A stretch of DNA of 64,000 nucleotides from Cyanobacteria bacterium P01_F01_bin.150 (GCA_039189765.1 JBCCYL010000026.1:2787-66786); one strand, 5' to 3'; shown: positions 37,987-49,361, counted from the stretch's first letter. Numbers and translations are program-made. The notes: a model not told the origin generated them from the sequence alone.

Positions 37987-39255
37987 TTAACTTTGCAGCA
38001 CTGTTTTAGAGGCAATGCGCGTTTTCTTGCGATCGCTCTCTGACAGCTCCTGTCCCGACTGTAGCTGAGTAGCTGAATGCTGCAACACCGTCGCCGCGTT
38101 CTTGTCCCCCATCTGGATTGCAGTTTTGGCCGCATGCTGGAGCATCGTCGCCGCGCCAGTGCGATCGCCCGACTGTAGTTTTGTTTCAGCAATTTGAGTC
38201 TGACGATATTTTGCCAGGGCTAATACATGGTGCTGGACCTGATCATTAGGCTGGGGCTTGATATCGGCTTTTACATTGACGGTTACTGAAACCGTATCTG
38301 AAAATAAATCCTGCTCGCTGCTGTTGGGATTTTCATAGCGCACTTGAAGCTGGGCAATCGGCGATTCACCCTCCGCCATCTGCCCCACGTACAGATTCAC
38401 CAACACCACCCGAGGCGCATCCACCATCAAATCCCCCAAGCGGACAATATGTTGTCCGGCCTCATCAATGACGGGTAGCTCAATCGTATCTGGCATTACC
38501 TGAGCCACGGGCTTAAGTTCTGCCAGCCGCACCTTTGGAGACAGGGTCATCAAAAGATAAGCATTGGTCAGCGCCACCGACTGGATCCGCTCAAACAATC
38601 GACCAAATTCCCCCATCGCATCCTCAGGACGCTCAATATACGACAGTGCGCCACCGCCCGCATCGGCAATTTTCTCCAGCACATCCTGATTCCAATTGGA
38701 GCCGAACCCAAGGGTGTTTAGCGTCAGATTATAGCTTGCTGCCAGCTCCGCCAACTTCAGACAGCGATCATTGTCGCCGTGCTCATTTTCGCCATCGGTT
38801 AATACAAACGCTTGGGAAATAGTCTCTTCTTTACCTTTTGCCAGCTCTGACACCCCCAACCGCATGCCTTCATCAATGGCGGTACCACCGCTGGCTTTTA
38901 AGGCGTTGATCTTGTGTTTAATGGCCCCGGGATTATCCAAACGCTGATTGGGCACCAAAATTTTAGCCTCATGATCAAACGCAATGATGGAAATGCGATG
39001 GCGCAACGCCTCCCCATCAGGAGTATCGCCCTCCGACAGCCGATCAATTAAGCCAATCGCGGCCTGTTTGACCCGCTCCAGCGGTTTACCTTTCATCGAG
39101 CCGCTATGGTCCAAAATTAAGCAAAGATTGAGGGGCGCAGAAGATCCGACACTCGCGGACACTGCCGACACAGAGACTGCCAACTGTCGCTGACTATTAG
39201 CCTGACTGACATCAATTTGGGCATCATTAAGTTTGGCATCTAATCCCACCTGCAT
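37987..39255 (-). CDS. vWA-domain protein with C-terminal tandem repeats
   Basis: MIDAS LILDHSGSMKG, and two ~16-aa tandem repeats near the C-terminus (AATMLQHAAKTA.../AATVLQHSATQL...). Confidence 0.7.
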   Translation of the reverse strand: MQVGLDAKLNDAQIDVSQANSQRQLAVSVSAVSASVGSSAPLNLCLILDHSGSMKGKPLERVKQAAIGLIDRLSEGDTPDGEALRHRISIIAFDHEAKILVPNQRLDNPGAIKHKINALKASGGTAIDEGMRLGVSELAKGKEETISQAFVLTDGENEHGDNDRCLKLAELAASYNLTLNTLGFGSNWNQDVLEKIADAGGGALSYIERPEDAMGEFGRLFERIQSVALTNAYLLMTLSPKVRLAELKPVAQVMPDTIELPVIDEAGQHIVRLGDLMVDAPRVVLVNLYVGQMAEGESPIAQLQVRYENPNSSEQDLFSDTVSVTVNVKADIKPQPNDQVQHHVLALAKYRQTQIAETKLQSGDRTGAATMLQHAAKTAIQMGDKNAATVLQHSATQLQSGQELSESDRKKTRIASKTVLQS

Positions 39256-39437
39256 GCTGTATTCTCCTCGTTGTTAGTGTGCTGTTACTAATGCGTTCTG
39301 GTTGATTTGTCGATGCAGCCACAACCTAAGTCGTACGTATAGATGTAGATATTGTGCGCGTGTCTATCATAGCGATTCTTACAGCGGTAGGATAAGAGGG
39401 ATATGAGATTTAATCAAGGGACTCTTTAAGATAGTTT

Positions 39438-40277
39438 ATGGCCAAGACAATGGTACAAACTGCACAGACCCCAGCCAAAACCTTCAAAAAACTCCAGGCT
39501 CGATTACGAGGGTTAGTAGGACGGGCGATCTACGACTTTTCTATGATTGAAGAGGGCGATCGCGTCATGGTTTGCCTATCCGGCGGGAAGGACTCATATA
39601 CCCTTTTAGATATTCTCTTAGCGATTCAAAAAAGTGCTCCTATTCACTTCGACATCCTGGCAATGAATCTAGACCAGAAGCAGCCTGGATTCCCCTCACA
39701 GGTGCTTCCCGAGTATCTGGATACGGTTGGTGTGCCCTATCGCATTGTTGAGCAGGATACCTACAGCACAGTAACCCGTGTCATTCCAGAAGGAAAAACC
39801 ATGTGCAGTCTTTGTTCTCGGCTTCGTAGAGGTTTGATTTATCGAGTGGCCCAAGAAGAAGGTATTTCTAAAATTGCCCTGGGGCATCATCGAGACGACA
39901 TTGTAGAAACCTTATTTCTCAATATGTTTCATGGTGGTGGCATGAAAGCAATGCCTCCAAAGTTATTGAGCAATGACGGCCAAAACATAGTGATTCGACC
40001 GTTGTCTTACTGCCCTGAAGCGGATATCCAACGATACTCTGATTTACGCCAGTTTCCGATTATTCCGTGCAACCTTTGTGGGTCTCAGGACAACCTCCAA
40101 CGGGCACACATTAAGCAACTTCTACAGCAGTGGGAAGCGGAGCACCCCGGTCGCATCGATCGTATTTTTCATAGCCTGCAGAATGTCGTTCCATCACATT
40201 TAGCAGATACTGATTTATTCGACTTTAGCCAACTCCACAAATCGGGACGCTCATCACACCAGCAGAAAACGATATAA
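39438..40277 (+). CDS. ttcA: tRNA 2-thiocytidine synthase TtcA-like PP-loop ATPase
   Basis: PP-loop [16 protein letters not shown] and CNLCGS cysteine motifs; ~280 aa. Confidence 0.7.
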   Translation: MAKTMVQTAQTPAKTFKKLQARLRGLVGRAIYDFSMIEEGDRVMVCLSGGKDSYTLLDILLAIQKSAPIHFDILAMNLDQKQPGFPSQVLPEYLDTVGVPYRIVEQDTYSTVTRVIPEGKTMCSLCSRLRRGLIYRVAQEEGISKIALGHHRDDIVETLFLNMFHGGGMKAMPPKLLSNDGQNIVIRPLSYCPEADIQRYSDLRQFPIIPCNLCGSQDNLQRAHIKQLLQQWEAEHPGRIDRIFHSLQNVVPSHLADTDLFDFSQLHKSGRSSHQQKTI

Positions 40278-41031
40278 ATACACAACCAAGACCAAGATTG
40301 CCTGCTGAATCTTCTAATTTTTATATTTAACTCAAAGCTTAATTAAGATTCGAATAACTTCTGATGAGAATCGGCATTATACTGTCCCAACATATTATTC
40401 TAAATCTCGTGTAGGGTGTATTTACGGATAAGGGACAAAACGAATCCTTCCTAGATGATTGCTAAAGGCTTCTACTGTGGCGGTATGAAGCTAACGAGCT
40501 ACGGGCCATATTGGTTCTTGCGCTCAAAGTTGTTAGCGATAATGGTATCTTTGAACTTTGCTTATAGAAAGTTACATGCAGGTTACATTAGATGCGGTGC
40601 TAGAAATGGTAAGGACATCCGAAACCTATCTTTATCCTATCCGATGCAGTTTCTTCCCGAAATAAACTTATTTCGTGAGAGAATAAAGGAAATAGTCCAT
40701 TAATTTTTAACATCTTGGGCACACTGTAGAGAGTTGTTTTCCAAGTCTAATGTTTATGTATAAGGCCTTTATTTGGACATCTAAACTAGGCTTTATTCAA
40801 TTATTGATCAAATATCCTTATTTTAATGATTTTATAACGAACATCAAATCTAATTCATGGTGGCCCCAAGTCATTTTTGATGATGTCAGTGCTATATGGC
40901 AGAGTGTTTAGACATCTCTTTCATATCTTAGTATGCAACAATTTTCTATTCTCTATATGTATGTTGTTTTTGACATCATCTTATCGACATATTTATTGCT
41001 AACAGAATTATTATGGAGACCGCGTAAATAA

Positions 41032-42102
41032 ATGGAAACTCTACTCAAAGTTGAAGCAGAAGCCTTTCAGAATATTGATGCTGATTATAGACCAGAACTA
41101 ATTGGTGATACAGGCGCTACGGTCCTTAGTTTGGTTCACCTTCGGCCCAGAGATACGTCTCCGAACGTGACGGCTGGGGCGACCACTCCCTTTGCATTTG
41201 AAGATGGAAAATACAATATTCTTCTTGCCTATTTTGATGAAGAAGATGGAGCTGGAACCTACGAGATTAACGTTGCGGGAAGGAGTGTTAGTCAATTTCA
41301 AACTCTTACTTCTCTTACCAACCCAGCCGTATCTGGGAACATTGCAAACAAAGATAATCGCCAAGAAGTAGAGGTCGCTCTAGGCATTAACATTTATACT
41401 CAAGATGAAATTGAAGTCATCTACACCACTGATCAAGGTGAAAGCCGCTCTTTTGACTTTATTCAGTTTGAACGAATAGGAGATGCCCCCGCAAGAGAGC
41501 TAGCAACGCCTATTAATCCACCTATAAATGGCTTTGGCTCCGATGAAAAGATAATCCTTGATAATGAAGATAATGTCTTTCGGGGCACTAGCAGAGACGA
41601 AACCGTTCGTGCTCGTAAAGGAAACGACCAAGTTACGCTACTCGGTGGAGACGACCGGGCCTTTGGAGGCAAAGGCAATGATACGCTGAATGGCCGAGGA
41701 GGCCGGGATATCCTATTTGGAGAAGAAGGTAGAGATGTCTTAATTGGAGGTGGCAGGAGTGATGTTCTTATCGGTGGACCAGGAAGAGATACATTAATAG
41801 GCAATACAGGGCGCGATCGGTTCGTATTTACGAGCCTAGATCATGGTCGCGATGTGATTCAAGACTTTAATGTCAATAAAGATCGTATTGATTTGCGTGA
41901 GATTTTATCTGGGGTTGAATTTACCACTAGCAGCCCCTTTGATAAGTTTCTTGAATTTGTTAGAGTAACGCAGGTGGGTTCCAGTACCAGACTCAGTATC
42001 GACAGAGACGGTGTGGTCGGAGACGCAGGCTTTAAAGCCATCGCGATTTTGAGAGGGGTGGATGCTACAACCGTCGATTCAGACAGCTTTTTGATTGACT
42101 GA
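41032..42102 (+). CDS. Calcium-binding protein with hemolysin-type (RTX) nonapeptide repeats
   Basis: Repeated GG.G.D.L.G motifs (GGDDRAFGGKGNDTLNGRGGRDILFGEEGRDVLIGGGRSDVLIGGPGRDTLIGNTGRD). Confidence 0.7.
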   Translation: METLLKVEAEAFQNIDADYRPELIGDTGATVLSLVHLRPRDTSPNVTAGATTPFAFEDGKYNILLAYFDEEDGAGTYEINVAGRSVSQFQTLTSLTNPAVSGNIANKDNRQEVEVALGINIYTQDEIEVIYTTDQGESRSFDFIQFERIGDAPARELATPINPPINGFGSDEKIILDNEDNVFRGTSRDETVRARKGNDQVTLLGGDDRAFGGKGNDTLNGRGGRDILFGEEGRDVLIGGGRSDVLIGGPGRDTLIGNTGRDRFVFTSLDHGRDVIQDFNVNKDRIDLREILSGVEFTTSSPFDKFLEFVRVTQVGSSTRLSIDRDGVVGDAGFKAIAILRGVDATTVDSDSFLID

Positions 42103-42165
42103 TAATCTTTTCCAAAAGAAATTTTAAGGATTCCAACGGAAGACGGAACAAGTATATGAAAAATT

Positions 42166-42190
42166 GGGGTGCGACGCGCCCCGATTTTTC
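42166..42190 (+). terminator. Putative intrinsic terminator (GGGGTGCG acg CGCCCC followed by GATTTTTC)
   Basis: Near-perfect GC-rich hairpin plus T-run, 65 bp downstream of the RTX gene stop. Confidence 0.45.
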
Positions 42191-42671
42191 ACCTTAAGTT
42201 GAGAGCCAACTTTAAACGGGACATTGGGGTAGCTTTATGCAACCGCTCCAATGGCCCGTTTTCTTTAAGGTGGGATAAAGGCAAAAAGTGACTCAGTATC
42301 TCCTAAATTCTTCTCCGCTAATTTTTACAGCTTTGTGGGCATATTTATTCATGCCAAGCTGACAGCTCAATGTATAGCCATGGTCACATTAGTTAAGCCG
42401 TTTTCGTGCGAGCGCAGAACACCTCCACAAAAACGACTCTGACCTAATGGCAGTACCTACGGTCATAAAAATGCATAGCCTTACCAATGGGAGATTTATA
42501 TAAAAGTAAATGAGGGACAAATAGCCCTTATTAGTTCATCGGTTCATCGGTAAAATCGAGCGTTGCATTTAGAGAGGCAACCAGACCATAATCTATCGGA
42601 GGAATGGTCATAAACTAAGGTGATCAAGAATAACGCAAATGTGGTAGCTAACCATACTGGATACTGAGGGG

Positions 42672-45152
42672 ATGACCAAGACTGAGTCAAAATTTCGCTT
42701 AAGAGTGCAGCAGGTGGAACGGACCTGCTTGTTTGAACTTTCTTGGGGGAATGGACAGCAAATTTCTGCTCAAGTTGCCTTGCCTGATGGCCTAATGCAG
42801 CAATATCGTCTATGGAAACAGGCGTACCTCGATTTTTACCAGTACGCGCCCCAATTTTCCAATTCCAAAAGGTCTGTTCGATTGAGCGCTCATGTCGAAG
42901 CCCAGCATCCCAACGCCTCAACGTCTCAACGTCCCGACCTCCTGCGAGGGCGAACGCTCAGTCAAGGAGAAATATCCGTGCCATCGCCAAACTGGCATAC
43001 TCAGCTCGTACAAGCCGAGGCAACGTTATTATCCGAATTCCAGCAGTGGCTACGACAGCGTGAACTATTTGATATTCGTTCCGCGATCGCCCAATCCCTA
43101 ACGGATACTTCACTTCCTAAGGATTTAACGTCTCATCGTCCCAATGGTCCAACATCCACCACTGTTTTTCTTATTTGTACCCCTTTAGATTTAGCTCGAT
43201 TCCCCTGGGAGAGTTGGGAATTGGGGACCGAATTTGGTGTAGCAAAACGTATTGCCATCGTGCGATCGCCTGCCAACATCCATTTTGAGGCCCATACTCA
43301 ACCGCCGCGACGACGTCGGCCCAGAATCCTAGCTATTTTAGGAGACGAAACGGGGCTGGATTTCCAAGCCGATCGCAAAGCAGTCCAATCCTGCGAGAAG
43401 GTCGCAGACATTCAATTTGTAGGATGGCAACCAGGGCAATCGATCACCGAGTTGAAAACCCATATTTGCCAGACCATTGCCGAACCAGAAGGGTGGGACG
43501 TACTTTTTTTTGCGGGACACAGCAACGAAACTCAAATTACTGGCGGGGAGCTGGCGATTGCCCCCGGAGCATCCTTTTTAATTCGAGAAATTACGCCCTA
43601 TCTCATCACTGCCCGTCAACAGGGACTACAGGTGGCCATTTTTAACTCCTGTAGTGGTCTCAATATTGCTGAATCTTTGGTGAATTTAGGGTTTAGCCAG
43701 GTGGTGGTGATGCGAGAACCAATCCATAATCGAGTGGCCCAAGCGTTTCTTACTCGTTTTCTACAAAGCCTTGCATCCCACGAAGATGTGCAAGACTCCC
43801 TGCTGGCTGCGACCCAATATCTTCAGGCTAGTGCCAGCCTGACCTATCCTTCAGCCTATTTAATCCCGACGCTCTTTCGTCATTACCAATCCACCTTGTT
43901 TCGAATTGAGCCTTCAGGGGTGATGTCACAGCTACGCAAATGGCTGCCTATCCGCTATGAGGCAATCGCCCTTACCCTACTTGCGGCAATTAGTTGGCCA
44001 CTATCCGTCCAAAACCAGCTAGTTGAACAAAGGACATTAGTGCAAGCTCAATATCGACAGCTAACACAGCGAGCCAATACGATCGAACCTCCACCGGTTG
44101 CCCTAGTTCGCATTGATAACGAATCTCTGCAAAGGAGGGGGATTAGTGCTCCAAAACCGATCAGTCAAGTTTATTTGGCCGATATTATTAAGCAGCTCAC
44201 CCCCTATGGCCCGGAAGTGATTGGCATTGATTATATTTTAGACCGCCCCAACGTTCAGGAAGCCCCCCAGCTAGCCATGGCTATAGAGGAGGCGATCGCT
44301 AAAGGAACGGCCTTTGTATTTGCCAGCTATCGAGAAGATGGTAAATGGGTAAAAGCTTCCCCTGATATTGCGCCTGAAATCGCCGGACAAAGCATCGCTG
44401 GCGATATATCGGGCTGGACATTACGAATGAGTTTGCCCCGTTGGGTTGACGATGGACCACGCCCCCTGAGCTATGAATCAGTTCGCCTAAAAGTGCCTAA
44501 TCTGCTTAATTATGGCCGCACCCAGAGGGGGATTTTGACATTTTTGTCCTACAGGTTCAAGCAACGTTGGCTTGACCCACTCATTGACTACTCCCTGCCT
44601 CCCCATCAGGTGTATGAAGAGGTACCGGCGTGGACCCTGTTTGACGGCCAAGTGCGGCCTCAACTTGGCGATTTAGACCAGCAGGTAGTGCTACTAGTTC
44701 CTGGAGGTTATGCAGAAGCAGGGATTAAAGATGGTGAAGACAACAGACCTCCCACCCTTGCCATGCGCTATTGGTACGAACAACGGAACCCCATTGATGG
44801 TCGGCAGCGAAATCTAACCGGAGGAGAAATCCACGCCTATCGACTACATCATTTTATGACCCAACGCTTGGTTATCCCAATTCCTGATCTTTGGCTGCTA
44901 TTACTGGCCTCACTGTTAGGAAAGGCGATCGCACTTCAGTGGCAGAAGCCGCACAATCATAGCGGAAATCATAATCCTTGGCATTGGGTTGGCATCGGCA
45001 TTGGTGGTAGCTTTGTCTACGGAATAATCAGTTTAGAACTCTATTTATCATCCACTGCCATTCTGCTGCCCATTAGCGTCCCTCTACTGGCCCTTTGGCT
45101 GTACATTGCTCCCATGGCCTTTTCATCCGATTTACGACGAGCTAATCGCTAA
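42672..45152 (+). CDS. CHAT (caspase-like protease) domain + CHASE2 sensor domain membrane protein
   Basis: CHAT catalytic dyad context (FFAGHSNE His; VAIFNSCSG Cys). CHASE2-like IGIDYILDRP region followed by C-terminal TM helices. GAGGGG RBS before the ATG. Confidence 0.65.
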   Translation: MTKTESKFRLRVQQVERTCLFELSWGNGQQISAQVALPDGLMQQYRLWKQAYLDFYQYAPQFSNSKRSVRLSAHVEAQHPNASTSQRPDLLRGRTLSQGEISVPSPNWHTQLVQAEATLLSEFQQWLRQRELFDIRSAIAQSLTDTSLPKDLTSHRPNGPTSTTVFLICTPLDLARFPWESWELGTEFGVAKRIAIVRSPANIHFEAHTQPPRRRRPRILAILGDETGLDFQADRKAVQSCEKVADIQFVGWQPGQSITELKTHICQTIAEPEGWDVLFFAGHSNETQITGGELAIAPGASFLIREITPYLITARQQGLQVAIFNSCSGLNIAESLVNLGFSQVVVMREPIHNRVAQAFLTRFLQSLASHEDVQDSLLAATQYLQASASLTYPSAYLIPTLFRHYQSTLFRIEPSGVMSQLRKWLPIRYEAIALTLLAAISWPLSVQNQLVEQRTLVQAQYRQLTQRANTIEPPPVALVRIDNESLQRRGISAPKPISQVYLADIIKQLTPYGPEVIGIDYILDRPNVQEAPQLAMAIEEAIAKGTAFVFASYREDGKWVKASPDIAPEIAGQSIAGDISGWTLRMSLPRWVDDGPRPLSYESVRLKVPNLLNYGRTQRGILTFLSYRFKQRWLDPLIDYSLPPHQVYEEVPAWTLFDGQVRPQLGDLDQQVVLLVPGGYAEAGIKDGEDNRPPTLAMRYWYEQRNPIDGRQRNLTGGEIHAYRLHHFMTQRLVIPIPDLWLLLLASLLGKAIALQWQKPHNHSGNHNPWHWVGIGIGGSFVYGIISLELYLSSTAILLPISVPLLALWLYIAPMAFSSDLRRANR

Positions 45153-45177
45153 TCCGTTTCCCCTTCAAGGAGATCCT

Positions 45178-46071
45178 ATGCCTCATTGCCAATCCACTCC
45201 CTTACAGCCCACGTCCGCTCTGCCCCATCGCCAACATGCCCACTTACGATTTATGCGCCGCTACACTGGCCTCTTTTTCAGCCTGGCGTGCGGAGCTTCA
45301 GCCATTGTAGCGCCAATGCCAATCGCAGCTATCGCAGCGTCAGCACCAACGCCAGCGCCAGATCTGCATGCATTTTGGGATACGATAATCCAATCCAATC
45401 CTCCTGAAGAGTTAGACCGTGACGGGTCCCGAGCGTTTCGCAATCTTTGGAACAGCATTTTCGAGACGGAACCCCCAGACGATCCTCAACAGAGTGGATC
45501 ACGGGGCGACTATTTTTGTTTAGCAGAGCCGGGTAGTCATGATGGAATGGCGTGGAGTGATCGCCCCACCCTTACCTGGCAGGGAGACACGAGGGCAATT
45601 AGCATCTATTCTTCAGAGAATCCGCTTATCGCCCTTTGGACCCATGAGCTTTCAGAAGATGACCAGCTAACTTGGGTCGATGGCTCAAAGGCAAATGGTG
45701 AAGACAAACCGATTTATCGGGTGACATACGACGGAGAAGAGCATCTAAAACCAGGTGAAACGTATATTTGGAAAATCCAACAGGCATTGGCTGATATTCC
45801 TGTTCACATCACTCTGATGCCCAGCAGCAATCAGCAGCAGATCAGAATTGAGCTGGAAGCGCTGGAGATGACATTAGCCGTTGAGGAATTGGATGGAGAT
45901 GCGATCGCCCTACGAAAAGCAGACTTTTTTGCAAGTCACCATCTCTGGAATGACTTCTGGTACTATCTTGGCCTTATAGAATCTCCTTCAGGAGAACTGT
46001 CCAACCTTATGGAAGGGGCGATTGGAACCTGGTGCCCAGCTTATGATCCCAGTTCTCTTGAACGAGTATAG
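45178..46071 (+). CDS. Hypothetical exported protein downstream of the CHAT-CHASE2 gene
   Basis: AAGGAG RBS 7 nt before the ATG at 45178; the listed 45106 start overlaps the CHAT gene. Signal/TM-like FFSLACGASAIVAPMPIAAIAA. Confidence 0.45.
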   Translation: MPHCQSTPLQPTSALPHRQHAHLRFMRRYTGLFFSLACGASAIVAPMPIAAIAASAPTPAPDLHAFWDTIIQSNPPEELDRDGSRAFRNLWNSIFETEPPDDPQQSGSRGDYFCLAEPGSHDGMAWSDRPTLTWQGDTRAISIYSSENPLIALWTHELSEDDQLTWVDGSKANGEDKPIYRVTYDGEEHLKPGETYIWKIQQALADIPVHITLMPSSNQQQIRIELEALEMTLAVEELDGDAIALRKADFFASHHLWNDFWYYLGLIESPSGELSNLMEGAIGTWCPAYDPSSLERV

Positions 46072-46847
46072 GCTGCTCGAACGGCCTGGATCATTGACGC
46101 TCGAACCCCCGCTAGCTCCATCTGCTCAATGCCGACAATGGTCGTTCCACCAGGACTCGTTACTCGGTCTTTAAGCTCAGCGGGATGAACGCCAGACTGA
46201 AGCAAATCTGCTGTTCCCCGTAAAGTTTGCAGCGTTAACTGGGTCGCGATCGCCCTTGGCAATCCCGCTAATACCCCACCATCAATCATCGCCTCAGCAA
46301 TTAAAGCCAGGAAACCAGGACCGGAACCCGATACCCCCGTCACAGCATCCATCATGGATTCTGGCACTTCAACCACCTGCCCAACCGCCTCAAATAGTTG
46401 TCGGGCAACTGTCATGTGCTCAGGAGTAGCATGCTGGCCCGGCGCAATGGCAGTGATCCCTTCTCCAACCACCGCAGGAGTGTTAGGCATTGCTCTAACA
46501 ACAGGGATATCCAAAAATGCAGCTTCTAGTCCAGCTAGCGATGTCCCTGCCAAAATAGAAATAATCACCTGATTAGAAGGCTTCTGAGAAGCTAAAACTG
46601 AACGAAGCCCATCAACAACTCGTTGAAAAATTTGAGGTTTTACAGCCAGAAGCACAACATTAGCCGCTTCTAAAACCACACCATTATCGCCAGTCGTATG
46701 TACCCCATACTTCTGACTCAGCTCTGCTTGGCGTTGAGGCAGGGGATCACTTACAGTAATTGCGCTGGCAGGATAAATTTTTTTATCAACAAGACGGGAT
46801 AATAAGGCTTCCCCCATTACCCCGCCTCCAATCAAACCTAATTTCAC
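46041..46847 (-). CDS. proC: Pyrroline-5-carboxylate reductase
   Basis: N-terminal LGLIGGGVMGEAL Rossmann and C-terminal P5CR-like SPGGTTI region; 268 aa. Confidence 0.8.
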   Translation of the reverse strand: MKLGLIGGGVMGEALLSRLVDKKIYPASAITVSDPLPQRQAELSQKYGVHTTGDNGVVLEAANVVLLAVKPQIFQRVVDGLRSVLASQKPSNQVIISILAGTSLAGLEAAFLDIPVVRAMPNTPAVVGEGITAIAPGQHATPEHMTVARQLFEAVGQVVEVPESMMDAVTGVSGSGPGFLALIAEAMIDGGVLAGLPRAIATQLTLQTLRGTADLLQSGVHPAELKDRVTSPGGTTIVGIEQMELAGVRASMIQAVRAAYTRSRELGS

Positions 46848-46981
46848 ACCACGACCTTATCGATAACAACAAAAGCATAGACCCAAAGTTACCAGAACCA
46901 CTAAAGAACCTCAGATTCAAAACTAGGCACGTAAGCCCAAAGGTCTTAAGTAAATTAGCAAAGCCAGGCATAACAAATAAA

Positions 46982-47566
46982 CTAGGCCATGCGGACTTGC
47001 GGTTCAACTTCCCATGCTGGAGCGGGAGACGATTGACGAATTTGCTCTTGGGGATGGCGCATAACAGGTGCTTCATTCATCACACCAATGGGAGTGCTGA
47101 CCTGAACACAGTTAGGCGTAAATAAGAAGATGCTCTCACCAATTCGCTCTTGATGACCATCAATGGCATAAGTACCACCAGCCACAAAGTCAACTGAACG
47201 CTGGGCTTGGTCGGGATCCATCATTGTTAGATTCAAGACCACTGACTTCCGCTCACGTAGGGCACGGATGACGTTTGGCATCTCTTCAAAAGATTGAGGC
47301 TCCATCACCACAACTTCAGACATGCCATTTAATGCTCCAGGCATACCAATAACATTGCTCAGGGGTGCATTGGTGGTCTCTGTCGCCATGGGTGTTCTCC
47401 TGCTTAATCGGCGCTGAGGCGGCTCTTCCTCTTGAATTGCTCTGCCATTTTCTTCCTGGTAGAGATTTTGATACTCATCTCCATCCATTTCGTCATACTC
47501 GTACTCGTATTCAGCGGGGTCATTTAGACCAACAAAGTCCTTCAACTTTCCAAAAATATTGCTCAC
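46982..47566 (-). CDS. sepF: Cell division protein SepF
   Basis: C-terminal SepF domain ([43 protein letters not shown]), with a disordered N-terminus. Confidence 0.75.
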   Translation of the reverse strand: MSNIFGKLKDFVGLNDPAEYEYEYDEMDGDEYQNLYQEENGRAIQEEEPPQRRLSRRTPMATETTNAPLSNVIGMPGALNGMSEVVVMEPQSFEEMPNVIRALRERKSVVLNLTMMDPDQAQRSVDFVAGGTYAIDGHQERIGESIFLFTPNCVQVSTPIGVMNEAPVMRHPQEQIRQSSPAPAWEVEPQVRMA

Positions 47567-48296
47567 TATTCGTACTCCATCACTACCGAATATACAAGTT
47601 CGAAGACACTATCGTCATAACTGAAACCCTGAAAACCCTAGAATCTCTGAATAATCTAACAGCAAACACGCTACTTTAATATACCTAAACGCTACCCTGA
47701 CAAATATTTTTCACTATTCAGTAACTATGTATTAAAAAACAGACTGGCGATAGAACTAACTAAACCGTAAAGGTCTCAGGGGAAGATACACGACTTTGGA
47801 GAATACTATACCCCATGTTTTTGTAAGTGGATAAACTGCATTAATTTGATACAAAAGACTCTAAAAAGGTTTGGTCCATTCTGAACTCAATTACTTCTAA
47901 AGAATTTATTAAGACTTTCCGATAACCGTAATTCTGGCATTCCAGAGATATTTTACTCTTTTTCAGATAGTGCAAAATTACTTCTGAACTACTTAGCATT
48001 TGAGTCAAGAACCCTTTATCCACGGCTAGTCTGCCCATGATAAGCGTTGCTGGGCTATCCCCTATTGCATTGTTTTTACATAGGTTAAGAACATGGCAAT
48101 CTTATATGCCATTAGAAGAATGAGACGTTTAGAGAACTTCAATTTGCTCCGTAATTTCAGCCTATCTTTTAAGGCAATGTTGGGGTGACGCGGGACTTCC
48201 CAACAAAACTATTGAATCAATCCTGGCTTAAGTTATAAGCCGTAATTTCGTTAAAAATATTCCAAGATAAGAGCGATCTAATTTTTTCGGGATCAC

Positions 48297-49010
48297 TCAA
48301 GGACTTCTGTCTCCAAAGATAGTTCGTCCAATTCTCACCATCGTTGCTCCAGCCTGAATAGCTAAGGGATAGTCTCCAGACATGCCCATAGATAGTTGGC
48401 GCATGGAGATATTTGGGAAGGCTTGAGCCTGGATTTTTGTTGCTAATGTTTGCGCTTGGGTAAAGATCTCTAAAATAGCTGCATCTGATTGTCCCAGGGG
48501 AGGAATCGTCATTAAGCCATCAATATCTAAATGGGAAAGATTGGCCAAAGTGGGTAAATCATTAGCCAAATCTGTAATGTCCCAGCCTGATTTATTTTTA
48601 TCAGGCACCATTTTGACCTGAAGACAAAGTTTGGGTACAGGACTCATTTGTCCGGCTTCCCTTGCTTGACCCAGTAATTGATTAAGTCGTTTGGCTAACT
48701 TCAGACTATGAACAGAATGAATCCAGTGAAAACGTTCTAATGCTTTGGCGGCTTTATTGCTCTGTAAATGGCCGATAAAATGCCAAGTGATATCGCTCAA
48801 ATCTTCTAGCTGTTCCTGCTTGAGAATTGCTTCTTGAATTCGACTTTCCCCAAAATGTCTTAGACCTAATGCATAAGCTGCTCGGATCGCTTCAGAAGAC
48901 TGCTTCTTGCTAATAGCAATCAGGGTTACGTCATCGGGGATGGTTGGTCGTATGGAGGTTAACCGATGGTCAATTTCACTTATTAACGAGTGACGAGTGC
49001 CAGAATCCAT
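48297..49010 (-). CDS. pipY: YggS-family PLP-binding protein (cyanobacterial PipY)
   Basis: LIAISKKQSSEAIRAAYALGLRHFGESRIQE contains the PLP-binding lysine motif. 237 aa, immediately downstream of pipX. Confidence 0.8.
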   Translation of the reverse strand: MDSGTRHSLISEIDHRLTSIRPTIPDDVTLIAISKKQSSEAIRAAYALGLRHFGESRIQEAILKQEQLEDLSDITWHFIGHLQSNKAAKALERFHWIHSVHSLKLAKRLNQLLGQAREAGQMSPVPKLCLQVKMVPDKNKSGWDITDLANDLPTLANLSHLDIDGLMTIPPLGQSDAAILEIFTQAQTLATKIQAQAFPNISMRQLSMGMSGDYPLAIQAGATMVRIGRTIFGDRSP

Positions 49011-49088
49011 AAGGGGTAGAGCGAAAAAGAAAAAATAGAGTTTAGCAGAGCAGCGTTACAGTCCACGGTATGGTCCACAGTTGCGGCA

Positions 49089-49361
49089 TCACTGAAACGT
49101 TTGCTTATGGGTTGACTGTAAAGCATGGTAAGCCTCTTGGTGCCCCATCCGTCTTAACGTTCGTAATCGCTGCTCCACGAGAGAACGAGCATCGGTTCTG
49201 CCAACGGGAGAAAAAAGCAAACGCCCACCCTGTTGCTGTTGAACAATAAAGAAGAGACGTTGGGCGTAGAGTGTAGCAAAGAGTTCGGAGCGTTCTTCTA
49301 GTAAGCAGACTCTATACAATAAACCAAAGTTTGGATGGTTGAGATATATTTCGCTACTCAT
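49089..49361 (-). CDS. pipX: PII-interacting protein PipX
   Basis: 90-aa protein. YLNHPNFGLLY..., ELFATLYAQRLFF and RLRTLRR match the PipX sequence as I recall it; it precedes a yggS homolog. Confidence 0.85.
   Translation of the reverse strand: MSSEIYLNHPNFGLLYRVCLLEERSELFATLYAQRLFFIVQQQQGGRLLFSPVGRTDARSLVEQRLRTLRRMGHQEAYHALQSTHKQTFQ

Noticed and set aside
42544-42921. 125-aa minus-strand ORF overlapping the start of the CHAT-CHASE2 gene
   Set aside because: It overlaps the RBS and N-terminus of a well-supported gene on the opposite strand and has no recognisable features.
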